DNA of 63,355 bases, filler included, from Piptocephalis cylindrospora (Eukaryota), in assembly GCA_003614145.1 (NCBI GenBank). It is 27 parts of 27 records of this genome, joined end to end, with 100 filler letters (N's around TTAATTAATTAA, not from the genome) between each part and the next. Parts side by side here need not be neighbours in the genome. Positions count along the whole stretch, not along the records: positions 23,888 to 26,169 come from KZ989018.1; positions 26,270 to 28,440 come from KZ989019.1; positions 28,541 to 30,819 come from KZ989020.1; positions 30,920 to 33,197 come from KZ989021.1; positions 33,298 to 35,573 come from KZ989022.1; positions 35,674 to 37,826 come from KZ989023.1; 21 more parts are not named here. One strand, written 5' to 3'. A model generated the notes under the pieces. The model did no database searches and was not told the DNA's origin. It saw only the letters and a program-made list of their open reading frames with translations. Below, piece after piece: positions 23,945 through 36,557 of this stretch. The translations under genes and the position numbers were made by a program. Each line of letters begins with the position of its first letter. Within the stretch, counting starts at the first letter, position 1.

Positions 23945-24642
23945 TTATTTATTCCCAGTAGCCGGCTACACATCACCATAAAAACATGAAAAATACACCA
24001 AAATTACGCACACCCAAAATAGCATATTTTCAGATATCCAGCTGAACCCAGACTGGACGGCAGTTCAGTCGGAGCAGCCCAGCAGATCAACACCGCCCAA
24101 TGGGACCAGAACCTTGGTTCCGATCCTCGAAGGCGCGCTGTCCTGGCCTTGGCCTCCAGGCATCGATGTACTAGTGAGTGCCATGTATGGGTGAGGTTGG
24201 ATGATTGATCCGGGGAGAAGATAAGCCTCGTGTGCGCTATGTGGATTGTCCAAAGCACATATCCATGGAGGAGTATTCGTTCATGCCCCCTGAAACCTTG
24301 CAGACCCTGAAGCTGATACAGTACTTCTTCCATCCTGATCGTAGATGAGCCTTGGAAAGCTTCCTGCACTCTCATCCATAAGTCCGCCACTGGAGGGCAA
24401 TAGGCAAAGCGATGGGCTATGTCTTCCTCGATGTCTGGGCACCTTGGACAGTCAGAACTCACGCCAACCGCTCGATGTAACCTCTTGGCCGTCCAAATCG
24501 ACCCATAGTGGAGTTTCCACAGCAAAGAAGATATCCTAGGCATGAGCGCTGAATGATCAATAAATCTCGTGGATGAGGGGTAGTTGGCAGAGATCTCGAG
24601 CCACTTGCTAGGGGCGTCACTTAGGATTTCTGTTATTCTCAT
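23945..24642 (-). mobile_element. 5'-truncated L1/Tx1-like LINE: ORF2 C-terminal zf-RVT region with a short 3' UTR
   Basis: SSLLWKLHYGSIWTAKRL..CPRCPDIEEDIAHRFAYCPPVADLW..LWTIH is a zf-RVT CCHC signature. Downstream of the stop at 24004 lie the palindrome GTAGCCGGCTAC and AATAAATAA. Confidence 0.85.
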
Positions 24643-24644
24643 TC

Positions 24645-24905
24645 TGGGAAGATCCAGGGAAGATCCAGGGAGGAAGCGATGATACTATGAGATTAACCTG
24701 TGAAAACAGAAAGAAGAGGGGATTGTGGGTTTCCCCAATAGGTTTCGCTGTCACTACTGCTAATAATGTATTTTCACTATTTAGGATGACCTGCTAGTTG
24801 AAGAATGTAGAAATATGAGGCCGGCCGAATGAGGCGGGTATTGTGTCCCGATGTCTTTAGCGCCTACCTCACTGGGAAAAATAAAATGGCTTCAACAACA
24901 ACAAT
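24645..24905 (+). mobile_element. 3' UTR and (CAA)n tail of the LINE family seen at 19413-20085
   Basis: Shares GGAAGATCCA(T/G)GGAGGAAGCGA and GGG(A)GATTGT..CCCAATA..TTTCGCTGT..ACTACT with 19878-20010. It ends in the same tail as 13094-13184. Confidence 0.75.
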
Positions 24906-25597
24906 GTAGAACTATGTCCATTGCTCCCCAGACATTAAAGCGTCTTTACCATTATATTTCCCTTTATGCTATGAGTGAACCAATCCCTTCCTTGTATTTT
25001 ATTCCGCAAACATGGCTTGAAACAGTAAAAAAAGCTCTGTGTTTCAAGGTATCTATGTTAACTCACCAATCACTCATCCACGCCCCACTAAAGCATCAAC
25101 TATGCGATATTCCCATAGACGGGATAAATGCATATTTCTGAGTCTCTCTAGACAAGGGAGATACGAGTATCACTAGCTGATTCCAAACCAGGGAGGCGGG
25201 AATAGAACTAGATGACTTGGACAAGGGAAGTGTATGGCCAGGGTGTCTTCACTCTAAGCAGCTCTCCTTCCTAGCCCTACCTCCCTTGCATTATGGCATG
25301 AGTAATGAATGGAAGAATACCCATATGAGGATCAATGCGTACATAACCCTTGTGTATCGTACTGAAAGCCGATTGTAAGGGGCGTTAGGACTCCCTCCAT
25401 CGGATGCCCCCATTTGAAATGTTCTCGACATTACACATTAATTTTCATGGAAACAATGCGGCTGTATTGGGAACCAGGATAGGCGCGATGCATATGCAGA
25501 TGAAGAAGAAATCGATCATCACTTTCTTTGCTGCCCTTCCCCCCCTCCTACCTATATATGCCATGTCATGTAGTCACCCAGGTCTCTGTGTACGCGA

Positions 25598-25972
25598 ATG
25601 ATCCGTCCTTGGTTGCTTTTTGTTGTCATTGCGGCCATTCTCTTCGTTTCATCCCGCGGCCAAGTCCAGCACATTGGAGACTATCCAGTCAACGAACTTG
25701 CTCCTGATCTATCCTTGCCCTATGCGGCTCTGAAGGACCCGGTTCTAGGGGGTTCTGGATGCCCCACATGCAAGAATGGGCGCCCAGTAGGTGTCAACGT
25801 AGGACGGGATGCAGAACCCCCTGCGAACATGGGCGGAGGAGGGGAGAAGAGCCGAGCATTGAACTATCCTTTCCTTTCCTGTCCTGACCTATGCTCTGAA
25901 CCCTCCATTCCCACGACTCAGGATGGGAGACGGGATTGTCTTATCAAACCCCTCCAAGATCCTTCAGTCTAG
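25598..25972 (+). CDS. Putative secreted or type-I membrane Cys-containing orphan protein; 3' structure uncertain
   Basis: Signal-like start MIRPWLLFVVIAAILFVSSRG-Q and 5 Cys. Coding-like hydrophobic sequence continues past the TAG to the contig end. Confidence 0.5.
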   Translation: MIRPWLLFVVIAAILFVSSRGQVQHIGDYPVNELAPDLSLPYAALKDPVLGGSGCPTCKNGRPVGVNVGRDAEPPANMGGGGEKSRALNYPFLSCPDLCSEPSIPTTQDGRRDCLIKPLQDPSV

Positions 25973-26743
25973 ATCCCAGTGACTCCCACAACTTGTCATG
26001 ATTCTTCGTGTAGACTAGCATCAAATCCTCCTCATCCAAGGATGTGATCGCCCATCTGCAAGGAAGCGCCCGAGTACATATGGGCTGCGTTCATAATAAT
26101 AATCGTACTGTGCCTTATACACGCTACGCTTGTCTGGCTGGGATGGGCGGATTCATCTCTCTCCTGCTCNNNNNNNNNNNNNNNNNNNNNNNNNNNNNNN
26201 NNNNNNNNNNNNNTTAATTAATTAANNNNNNNNNNNNNNNNNNNNNNNNNNNNNNNNNNNNNNNNNNNNAGAGGGGCACAAGGAGGGAGGCTATGAAGGA
26301 GGAGGGAGGCGGGGGGAGGGGGAGGAAGGAAAAGGGTGGGGGAGGAGGTGGGGAAAGGAAAGGCCGAACGTGCTGGTCGGTTTTGTACTCTGCCATGACC
26401 GCGAGTACGGAAGTGAGAGGAAGGCACCCAAGGGAAACGGAACTGCACACACACACGCACATACAGAAGGGACAGGCAAATTGGTTGTCCAAGCAAAAGG
26501 GGCAGGGGCAAAAAAGGCAGCCAGCTCCCCCAACAGAAACGGGTAGAAATGTAGAATGGGGAGGGCGGAGAATATGGAGCATGGAATAGCCGAGCGAGTC
26601 CAGTTTAGGCTTGGAGGGGGAGGAGGGCTGTGATCCAAGGGATGATTGGACACACCTTCCAGGTCTCTACCCAGGCACCCATAATATCCAGTGTGCGCGG
26701 TCAAGGGGGTGCGGTCTAGTCAAGTAGGGCAGATACAGCATGA

Positions 26744-26805
26744 CAGCACAGCACAGCACAGCATAGTACAGCATAGTACAGCACAACACAACACAGCAGT
26801 ACAAC
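26744..26805 (+). repeat. Degenerate pentanucleotide microsatellite (CAGCA/TAGTA/CAACA)n
   Basis: Visible as cagcacagcacagcacagcatagtacagcatagtacagcacaacacaacacagcagtacaac. Confidence 0.85.
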
Positions 26806-28576
26806 AACGACACTGGGGGGTCGCTGAGCCCCGAGAAGGGAGTGAGACACCACAGCCCCTCATCCTCCCTCTCACTCTACAACAGACTGGCCCTAGGGAT
26901 GAACCCTTCCGTCCTCCCGGTATTGAATCACCCACATATCCCTGACTGTTATGTATGGTGGAGAAGTGCGTCAATATTCCTCCGCCTCAATGCACGACAA
27001 AGGAGGATTGAAGAGCAGGTGTGTACAGGAGGGGAGAGCAAGATGACGGCGATTAGATGAGGCCTATGCATGGGGAGGGGGCGGGGGATAAAGAGGTGTT
27101 GTGTCATGCATGTTGTATACCTGATGCATTGACCGGAGTTGGATAACCAAGGGAGATGAGTCATGGTGCAAGGAGATGCACTTGCATCTCGAATAGTAAT
27201 AATGATCAACGAAAGAGGCTCAAGAGTGAGGCGGATCGTCGATCAAGGACAAGTGTCTCATCCTCTTTCCTAGAAAGATACCTAGAGGATCGCATCTGCC
27301 TCTATCCATCTTTTTCTTCGTCAGGATTAAGGCAAGATGGATCCTCGGTTGGATGGCCCCATCATTCAACTGAATCGGAATGAGATGATCATTGAAAAGG
27401 GTGTGTGAAGCCTAGTCATGCCGTCTGTCCCTGACGAATAAACTCCGATTCGCTTACCGCTTCCATCAAACTTTACCTTCCTCTTGGCCCTGTCCACACG
27501 GTCTTGCCAAGGCAAAACCGTGGGAAGGACGATGCGTAGATGGGGCGCAAGAGAGGGAGAGATCAATGGAAAATCCCTTATTGCTTATCGTACTTGGCCG
27601 GAAGGGCATGGAGCCGCTTGATCAGGACCCTTTCCACATACACAGACATACTGCTTCATCGGACATGATGTACGATCGGATATGTTGCACGCGACCAGAG
27701 ATGCATCAACCCCCAAGGTCCCTTCCGCCCAAGCCTTCCAGCTCCTCATATCGTCCGTTGAAGGGATAATGGCTTGTTCATACGTGGGGAGTGTGGGATT
27801 TCGTCTCTAAGCATCTTCTGAACGGTACACAGACGGCGGCCACTCCTCATCCCATGTGGGCCTAGGGAATGTTGTTGACATGATAAGGGGGGCTTGGGCC
27901 TGGGTGTGAGTGTGGATGTGGTGGGGGAGGACCAGGCTTGGGACCCCACACTATCTCTCCCCATGGCCTGCGGCTACAGGCTCTTTCCTCTGGCCTTCCT
28001 CGCACATACACACATACACACACACACACACACACGCACATAACCCCGCCTTGTCAAACAGTATGGCGAGCTCAGACGCCCACCCAGACCCTAAATACTC
28101 CTCTTCCCCCCTTCCTACCTAGTCTCAGTCTCTCCTCTCCCCGCTCCTGCTGTCCACATCACATTAGGCGTCCAACGTGCTACACACTCACTTTCCTACC
28201 TACCTACCCTGCCCCCACACACATATCCCGCATATCCCAGATACGCACACGCACACCAAATCATCAGTCTCACCTCCCCCCGCCTCCCCCCTTCTTCCGC
28301 CTCTCTCTTCCCTCCCCCCGCTAAACTCAACCCACACAGAGTCCCTGGTCCGCGAGAGGCTGATGGTGGTGTCGTCCTCTTCCTCTCCTTGCCCTTGGAT
28401 CACCAAAACCCACCGGACTTTCTACCCCTCCTTGCCCCTCNNNNNNNNNNNNNNNNNNNNNNNNNNNNNNNNNNNNNNNNNNNNTTAATTAATTAANNNN
28501 NNNNNNNNNNNNNNNNNNNNNNNNNNNNNNNNNNNNNNNNTGCATGGCGATCGAGATGACAATAAAAAATGCTCAC

Positions 28577-29788
28577 CTCTTGTGAAAGGGACAATGCAAA
28601 AGGCACACATATTATTGCATCCCCTGAGGCGTTTGGGTGGTCAATGAAGAGGGATCATATGAGTCAAAACAAAGTGCATCCTACCTCTCTCCCCCCAGCT
28701 TAACACTAGAACTCTTACCGCATGATGGAAAGGTGAGCCGAAATGGTGTCATTCTTCCTGACAGGATGGATGTCCGCGTATGTTTCATCTGCACTGAGCA
28801 TGACATTGGCCACATTAGCTCCCTTGTCCGCCATGCTGATTAGGCTGGGCAAGGATCTACATCATTAGAAGACCCATTAATATCGTGGAATTTGGATATG
28901 AGGGAGTGCAGTTTTAAGAAGAAAAAATAAGAAGTGAGCTCATTACCTGTAGGCATCAGGACCACAAACGATATCAACAAGCTCTCTATCGAACAAACGC
29001 TCCTTGAGTCGCTCAGCCATGCACTAGTGTATGGAGGAGGCGATTCAGAGATGAGATGGCCGATAAAATTCTTTACATGATGCATGTATCGCTTACCCCA
29101 AGCACACCGATCATGGGAATGGTCCCATCTTCTTGCTTGATCCTAGCCCGGATTGTTTCAAGGCTGTAGGTAGGGGAGAAAAAAGATCAGGGATATGCGA
29201 AATTGCCTGATTATCAGAAAAACTCATATTGTCTCCGACTTACCGGTTCCAAATCTTCTTTTCAGCATTATCACGGATAGCGCACTGCGATGGGGATGAG
29301 ATGGTTCATCAGCGCGTACAACGGACCATTTACATCACTCCTTTCACCCAGCCACGTACCGTCATGAGAAAGATGACATTAGCATCCTTGGGAGAATCGA
29401 CTTTTTCGTACCCGGCTGCATCCAAGACGGACATAAGGATCTCAGTGTCATTGTAGTTCATCTGACATCCGTACACCTCAACGTGATATTTCTTGGGTTT
29501 TAGGACCTCGGAGGCGGGCTTAAGGTAAGGAGCCCACTCGGGGACCACTGGGGCACGGTCTTTATCCTCCCGAAGCTCCATGGTCCCCTGATGCATAAAC
29601 TCCTGAAGGGAAGGTCCATTGCGGTTATTGAAGATAATCCGAGTTTTCGAGGCCTTTGCGGGTTCGGCCGTTTCGGCATCTTCAGTGGACCTGTTCGGTA
29701 CAATGCTGGCGGTCGAGTATGCGAGCCTCTTGCCCACAATTCTTGTGGCCGGAGTCCAGAGGATTGCTTTACCAAGTTAAGTACGCAT
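28577..29788 (-). CDS. CDK5RAP1: Mitochondrial tRNA methylthiotransferase, MiaB/CDK5RAP1-like, 3' partial, with a premature TAA at codon 4
   Basis: Exons read [23 protein letters not shown]|..GVL(W)|CMAERLK..GPDAYR|..[26 protein letters not shown]. This covers the UPF0004 Cys residues and the radical-SAM CxxxCxxC motif. Confidence 0.93.
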
Positions 29789-30211
29789 CCTTTTAACGGT
29801 CAAGGCAGGCTAAGAGTAATGGGTGGATGAGGAGTGCAGAGGGTCTCCTTGAACAGGATGAATTTGATAGGAATAAAAAAAAGCAAAGGCAGTCGGACCA
29901 GACGCACAAACCCGCCCAGGCTGAGCTTTTCCCTGTGTCTCTTCTCGTATCCACCGAGTCGAGTGGGGGGATAGGCGTCGTGCCCCCTCCCCCCCAGCGG
30001 ACAAGACTCAATACAACTATGGAAGTGAATAACCGCCCAGCTAGATTTTGGTGCGTATTATCGTTGTTATTGAAATGTAATGGAAGGATACGCTTTAAAC
30101 AGCACCCTTGTCCTTGTTTACTACTACTACAATACCCTTGTCCTACAGTCTGAACGGACCCTTGGTTAAATATCTTTTTTCCATTACCTCCAACCCACCT
30201 CTTCCCCTACC

Positions 30212-30551
30212 ATGGCTCCACCCAAACGAAGAATCCCGCAGCTGGCCGCTGGTACTGCTGCATGTGCTCCACAGGTATATTATGTCTGGGAAAATTTGAC
30301 CTGACCTGGCCTGTATCCTGCTTCAAGGCTTACCTCCTCCATCTCGTTATCCTCGTAGGGAGCAGCGTATGCTAAGTGCGTGGTGGGTAAACTGCCTTCC
30401 GTAGAGCAAGGAGACTGCCAAAAGTTGTTTATTGCGTTCAAGGAGTGTGTCCAGCGCAAGGTAAGTCCACTCAGTTTTTTTGCATCTATTCGATCCACAC
30501 TCACCTCTCAAGCATCATATGGTCGCATGGTAGGTGGGCCGTCGATGGTGA
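30212..30551 (+). CDS. NDUFAF8: Twin-CX9C mitochondrial protein, NDUFAF8-like complex I assembly factor (3 exons)
   Basis: MAPPKRRIPQLAAGTAACAPQ|GAAYAKCVVGKLPSVEQGDCQKLFIAFKECVQRK|VGRRW*, with two CX9C motifs and the C...AAY.KCV pattern. Confidence 0.8.
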
Positions 30552-31621
30552 TGATTTTTGGAATGGATTGGTTTTTATTCTTACCCTCTATTCTGTACAT
30601 ACCCGCGAGTAACTTTATTCCCCATTTACGGAATCTATGCATGAATGTTGAATCAACAAGGGCGAGTCTACGGCGGTGGCTCACATCATGATCTATGGGC
30701 CAAGAGGAGGAAGAGATCAAATACTCCCCGCTATATCCATTCTACTTGTCCTACTTCAAACACTCAAAAAAAGAAAGAAGATAGCATGCTTCAAGGCAGG
30801 ATAACGATGACAGGCCTATNNNNNNNNNNNNNNNNNNNNNNNNNNNNNNNNNNNNNNNNNNNNTTAATTAATTAANNNNNNNNNNNNNNNNNNNNNNNNN
30901 NNNNNNNNNNNNNNNNNNNTCCTGCAAGGGTCCCTCAGCCCTTCCATGGTCATGCCCCCCCTCCCTTCCATGCCCCTTCCCAATCAGGTCCTAGGCCTCC
31001 GTAAGTCGGACTTTACTTTATCTCATTACCCCATTTATCTTACCCTCCGCTCCTCCCTTAGACCCACCTCCTCACCTTCCGCATTCAACCGAGGTATGTA
31101 TGCCGACCGTTTATGATGACTCATCTTGGGATGTCTCTCTTCCTTGGCCCCTTTTGTGGCCACGGGGCTCCTTGGGAAGTGTGAATGAACGGGCGAAAAG
31201 AGTGGTGGTAGGGCGGTGAGTGTCATGAGATCCTTTAAAAAGAAATGTCGTTTTTTTTTGTTTGCCTACGGTCATGGCATGACCCATCGGCTAAACGTAT
31301 ACCATATTTGCCTTGGGATATGTGTAGACAAAAGAAAAAAGGAGGCAACATCAAGACCAACGTGTCCCATTTTCATTTCCACTTTGCATTCCCATGTCTC
31401 TCCATTCATCTCACATACCTCATTCCCCCTCTCAATCCCTACATCAACGAGATGAAAAAAGAAAAGCTATTCTCCACACCGGATTTCCTCCTTTCCCATG
31501 ATCATCACTCACTCCTCATCCTGTCATAAACAGAATCAAGATGGGTGTCACGAAGGAGGGGCCTCACTCTATACCACAGCATCCACTTTCTTCAGTAGTA
31601 GAGGAAGAGAGGCCCGGTAAC

Positions 31622-33197
31622 TTAGACACCGTACCTCTCCTGTAGAAGCTGTCGGATGGGTTGGGGAAAGTGAACCACGTATGTATCCCAGTTGGTACCC
31701 ATGAAGTCCTTGAATCCACAAATGATCTAGATGGAGAAAAGAGACAGGATGAGAAGTGCGATCCATAAGACACCATTATGCCAGAGTAGCACTCATGACC
31801 TTCTTACCTTGCTAAACATATCATTCAACTCTGGGGTAGGGGTCTGCCACTGAACCACGGCATCGACAAAGTAGGGAAAGATGGGGGAGAGACCCGAGGG
31901 ATTAGCTTGAATCTGTGATACGGCGTGATGTGGGTATGATGAGTAAGGGATGTGGCAATGAGACGGCCTCTCCTTCCCACTACCAAGTACATACCATGGC
32001 ACAGAAACCCCGGAAGGCTGATTCCTTCTCATTATTATCCGATACGATTCTCAAGGCCTTACACCACCTCTCTCCAATAACATCTAAGGAGGGGGCTACG
32101 AGGGATGGGCAGGACAGTCCCAGTCTTCCGATGGCAATAGCAGCATTCTCCGACAAAGTCCTTTGGATCCCCTCGCCCAGCAAAGGAATCAGCCTTTCCA
32201 GTAGGGGAGAGACATATGGAGTCATTCCTTCACCTAATATTAATAAGGGGGGAGGGGGGGAATGGCGGGTAGGGGATGAGATAAGGCTGATGATAATGCT
32301 GTTGCTGAGCCTTTTCTCCCCTCCTCTCTCACTCATATCGTACCAAACTGAAGGGAAATCTCCCCACCGGCCCAAGCGGCATTGTTACAGACCGAGACGA
32401 ACTCGGAATTGGGATCCACTTGACCAATGAGCTCGGGCATGAGATCAGAAAGGTGGGGTTGGATGTGGGAGAAGACTGAGATGGCCATGTCACCGAGGAG
32501 GGCATAGGCAGACTGCCTAACTTCGTGGGAAGGGTCCTGCATGCAGGCCCCGACCACCCTCCAAAGTGGGGGCTGGGAGGCTTGCACCAGAGGCTCTACG
32601 GCCGATCCCAGACCCTGGACCATTCCACTGAGCAGGTCAAGGGAAACAATGAGAAAATCTTTGTCCGGGGCCTCGGGCACGGTCCCAGTGCAGAACCCCT
32701 GCCATTGGGCAATGGTCTTTCCACAAAGGCTCAGGGCCCTCTCCCAGACTGGGGGGGCGTAGGGGAGGAAAGTAGGGCCGAGAGAGGTAGCGACACTGGT
32801 GAGACACTCCAGGAGAGAGAAAAGATGGGTATCATCATCACCGGTGGCGGCATACTTATCCAGAAGAGGAGGGAGGATGAGGGGGATGAGGTCGGGGTTG
32901 GCAAGGGCGGGGCCGACAGCATCGGCCAAGGAACCGACGACGTCATAGAGCATCTGGAGGTTCCGACGACCGTAGAAGCCAAAGGGAGGCACAAGGGCCT
33001 GAAGGATGGGCTGAAGGTAGGGGGTAAGGAGGGTGGCGGCAGACTCCTCGAGGGTGGCAAAGGCGCTGCAAGCGGCCTCCTGTACCTTCTTATTCCGATC
33101 ATTGACCCCCTTTAACAGACCCTCCATGACTTGAAGAAGACGAGCCTTGGCCTCCTCGGCCGACTTACCCCCCTCATCGGGGGTGAGGCTAGCGGAG
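31622..33197 (-). CDS. KAP104: Transportin / karyopherin beta-2 (Kap104), 5' partial
   Basis: DRNKKVQEAACSAFATLEE, LYDVVGSLADAVG, PDKDFLIVSLDLLSG, EVRQSAYALLGD, SVCNNAAWA.GEI, ENAAIAIGRLG, EKESAFRGFC, ending LQERYGV*. Confidence 0.96.
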
Positions 33198-33493
33198 NNN
33201 NNNNNNNNNNNNNNNNNNNNNNNNNNNNNNNNNNNNNNNNNTTAATTAATTAANNNNNNNNNNNNNNNNNNNNNNNNNNNNNNNNNNNNNNNNNNNNCTC
33301 CTCTCCTTCATCGTACATCTCACCTGGAATTACTGAATTGATCGATGATCACAACTGAGTGCTCTAGTAAGGGCAGGCTAGAGTGATGATGGTTGAGCTG
33401 AAGCCCTTAGGCAAGGTCAAATCGACGCATAGCTCCTATTCTCATGACGAAAAAATGAAATGGAGGGAGGGTGAAATAGACGCGTGAGATGTA

Positions 33494-34505
<1,012 letters not shown>

Positions 34506-36557
34506 TCACCAAATGTCTGATAATCGCTAGATGGAGGAGCTATAGACCAATGGGGTCGACCCTGCTCCGCTTTTCCCACACTCGACGTCGTACAATAGAG
34601 AATGCGTATCCCTAGTACCTGACGACATTGGTCTTTCATGATCCATTGAAAAAAAGACCCCTAGGTATCTGAGTCAGTTTGTCCGTTATACGGTAGACAC
34701 TCCTGCTTTCATGGCTTAGTGCCCCTCATACCCTCATTTAACCCCCTAGTGTCCCTGCTCGCTCTGTGCCACATGTTTCACCAAGAAACGACGACTGGTA
34801 CCATCAATGCCTTCCCATACCATCACACTAAGATCCTATATCCCTGAACATGAGGAAATAAGCTTCAATGGAATGCTTATCCTAAACGACGATAGGCGAA
34901 TGAGTTCACACATCGAAACACCGGGACCTGAGTAAGCAATGAACTGCTCCATGTTGTGTAAAGCGCCCTCTTGTACATAACTTTCCGAGGAAAAGGGACA
35001 TGATAAGAGAGTCATTGAACATTTAAGTCATTCTGGGACCTGGAACCGTGGGATTAGTATCCATCGGCCATCATATCAACGTTTCTCATTCTCGTTCCAA
35101 GATTGCGTATCCCAATGCATCTTGAAAATCAGCAGGTCGTCACCTCTAGAGATCAATGGAGAGAGATGGTGGTTTTATCCTCTCAAATTGGAAAGTGGGA
35201 ATGGGATAGGTCAAGTATTCTAGTGATCATGATGAGGAATTGGGATGAAAATATACGGCTAAGCAATAAAAAACAACAAAGCACCAAAAAGATTAATATC
35301 CAAATGAAGAGCCATCCGAAGAAAACATTGCCGTTTCCATTAGGTCGACTTTTTTCTTGCCAAATCAGCATACATTTTAAATTAGAGCCCATACAACGTG
35401 GGTAGAACCCATATAAGAAATCATTGAGAGGGACGAATGGGAAACAGGGGGAGAGATTTTGCCTATGAAGAGCTACTACTATCATAATTACCATCATCAC
35501 CACCATCACCTTCAATTACCGCCATATTTGATATATATTTTTTCTTGCAAAATTGGCATATATTTTAAAATAGNNNNNNNNNNNNNNNNNNNNNNNNNNN
35601 NNNNNNNNNNNNNNNNNTTAATTAATTAANNNNNNNNNNNNNNNNNNNNNNNNNNNNNNNNNNNNNNNNNNNNTTATTGCGAAGAGGGCGAGGAAAAGTC
35701 AAGATGGAAAGTAGGGATGCGGAGCAACGCATTGATCTAGAGAGTACTTTGGTTGTGCCCCCCCCCCCCACTGGTCCTATGCTTCCCTGTATGGGTGTGA
35801 AGGCGGAGGAATAGAGCAGCAGCGGTCGGAGTGAGAAGAGACCCTGGGTGTGGAAAGCTGCCAAGGCGTTCTCCCTCCCACTAGAGACCTCATCCTTCCT
35901 CCTCCTCTTCCACTTAAATGGCGATACACTCACTGCTCCCTGACACACTGCAATTGACCCGTGGACGATTCACACTCCTCACCCACCGGATACAGGCTTA
36001 GCCAATGGAAGGGTCGGGAAAAGGGATGTGAAGCGGAGTCAGGCATGACAGGCCATGCCTTACGATGCGTTTTTGTGTGGGAAGCATGAGAATGAAATAT
36101 GGTGAGGGAAATTAGGATATTTTGAGACCAATTTCATATGGCGTACATCCAACACATGGGATGTAAAAATAGGAAGCCATCATTTGGGGCGGGAGGGAAG
36201 GCGGGTGTGTCCCCTAAAGTCGATCCTTTCCTATTTTCCAACCCTTCCATGGGGAAGCGTGTGTGTCGGATGGACATCTCCATAAGATCACCTTTCGATG
36301 GAGAAGTATCCAGCCGAGATTCCATGCCCAGAGGCAGCTTCAAGAAGGATATGATCGTGATGGATTGGCGTTTTCTATCCCTACCCCATAGCGAAAATAA
36401 CCTGCGATAGCAATAATAATAGCAGCAACAAAAAAGACCTGAAATAGGATCCGAGTCAGAGGGACAAAGAGGAAAATGAATGCTATGCACTGTCCATTAA
36501 AGAGAAAGAACGACTCACTCCATGAATAGTCATCTCCACTCACAAGAAAGACTTCAA

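Noticed and set aside
20923..29779. Genome-wide stop-codon reassignment suggested by in-frame TAG/TAA
   Set aside because: TAG and TAA terminate conserved genes at the expected places (BUD13 and MDJ1 with TAG; IDI1, KAP104 and mL44 with TAA), and long conserved exons lack internal stops.
30920..31095. Pro-rich exon fragments with GTAAGT/GTATGT donors at the contig start
   Set aside because: Probably the tail of a gene, but too short to assign a frame or product.
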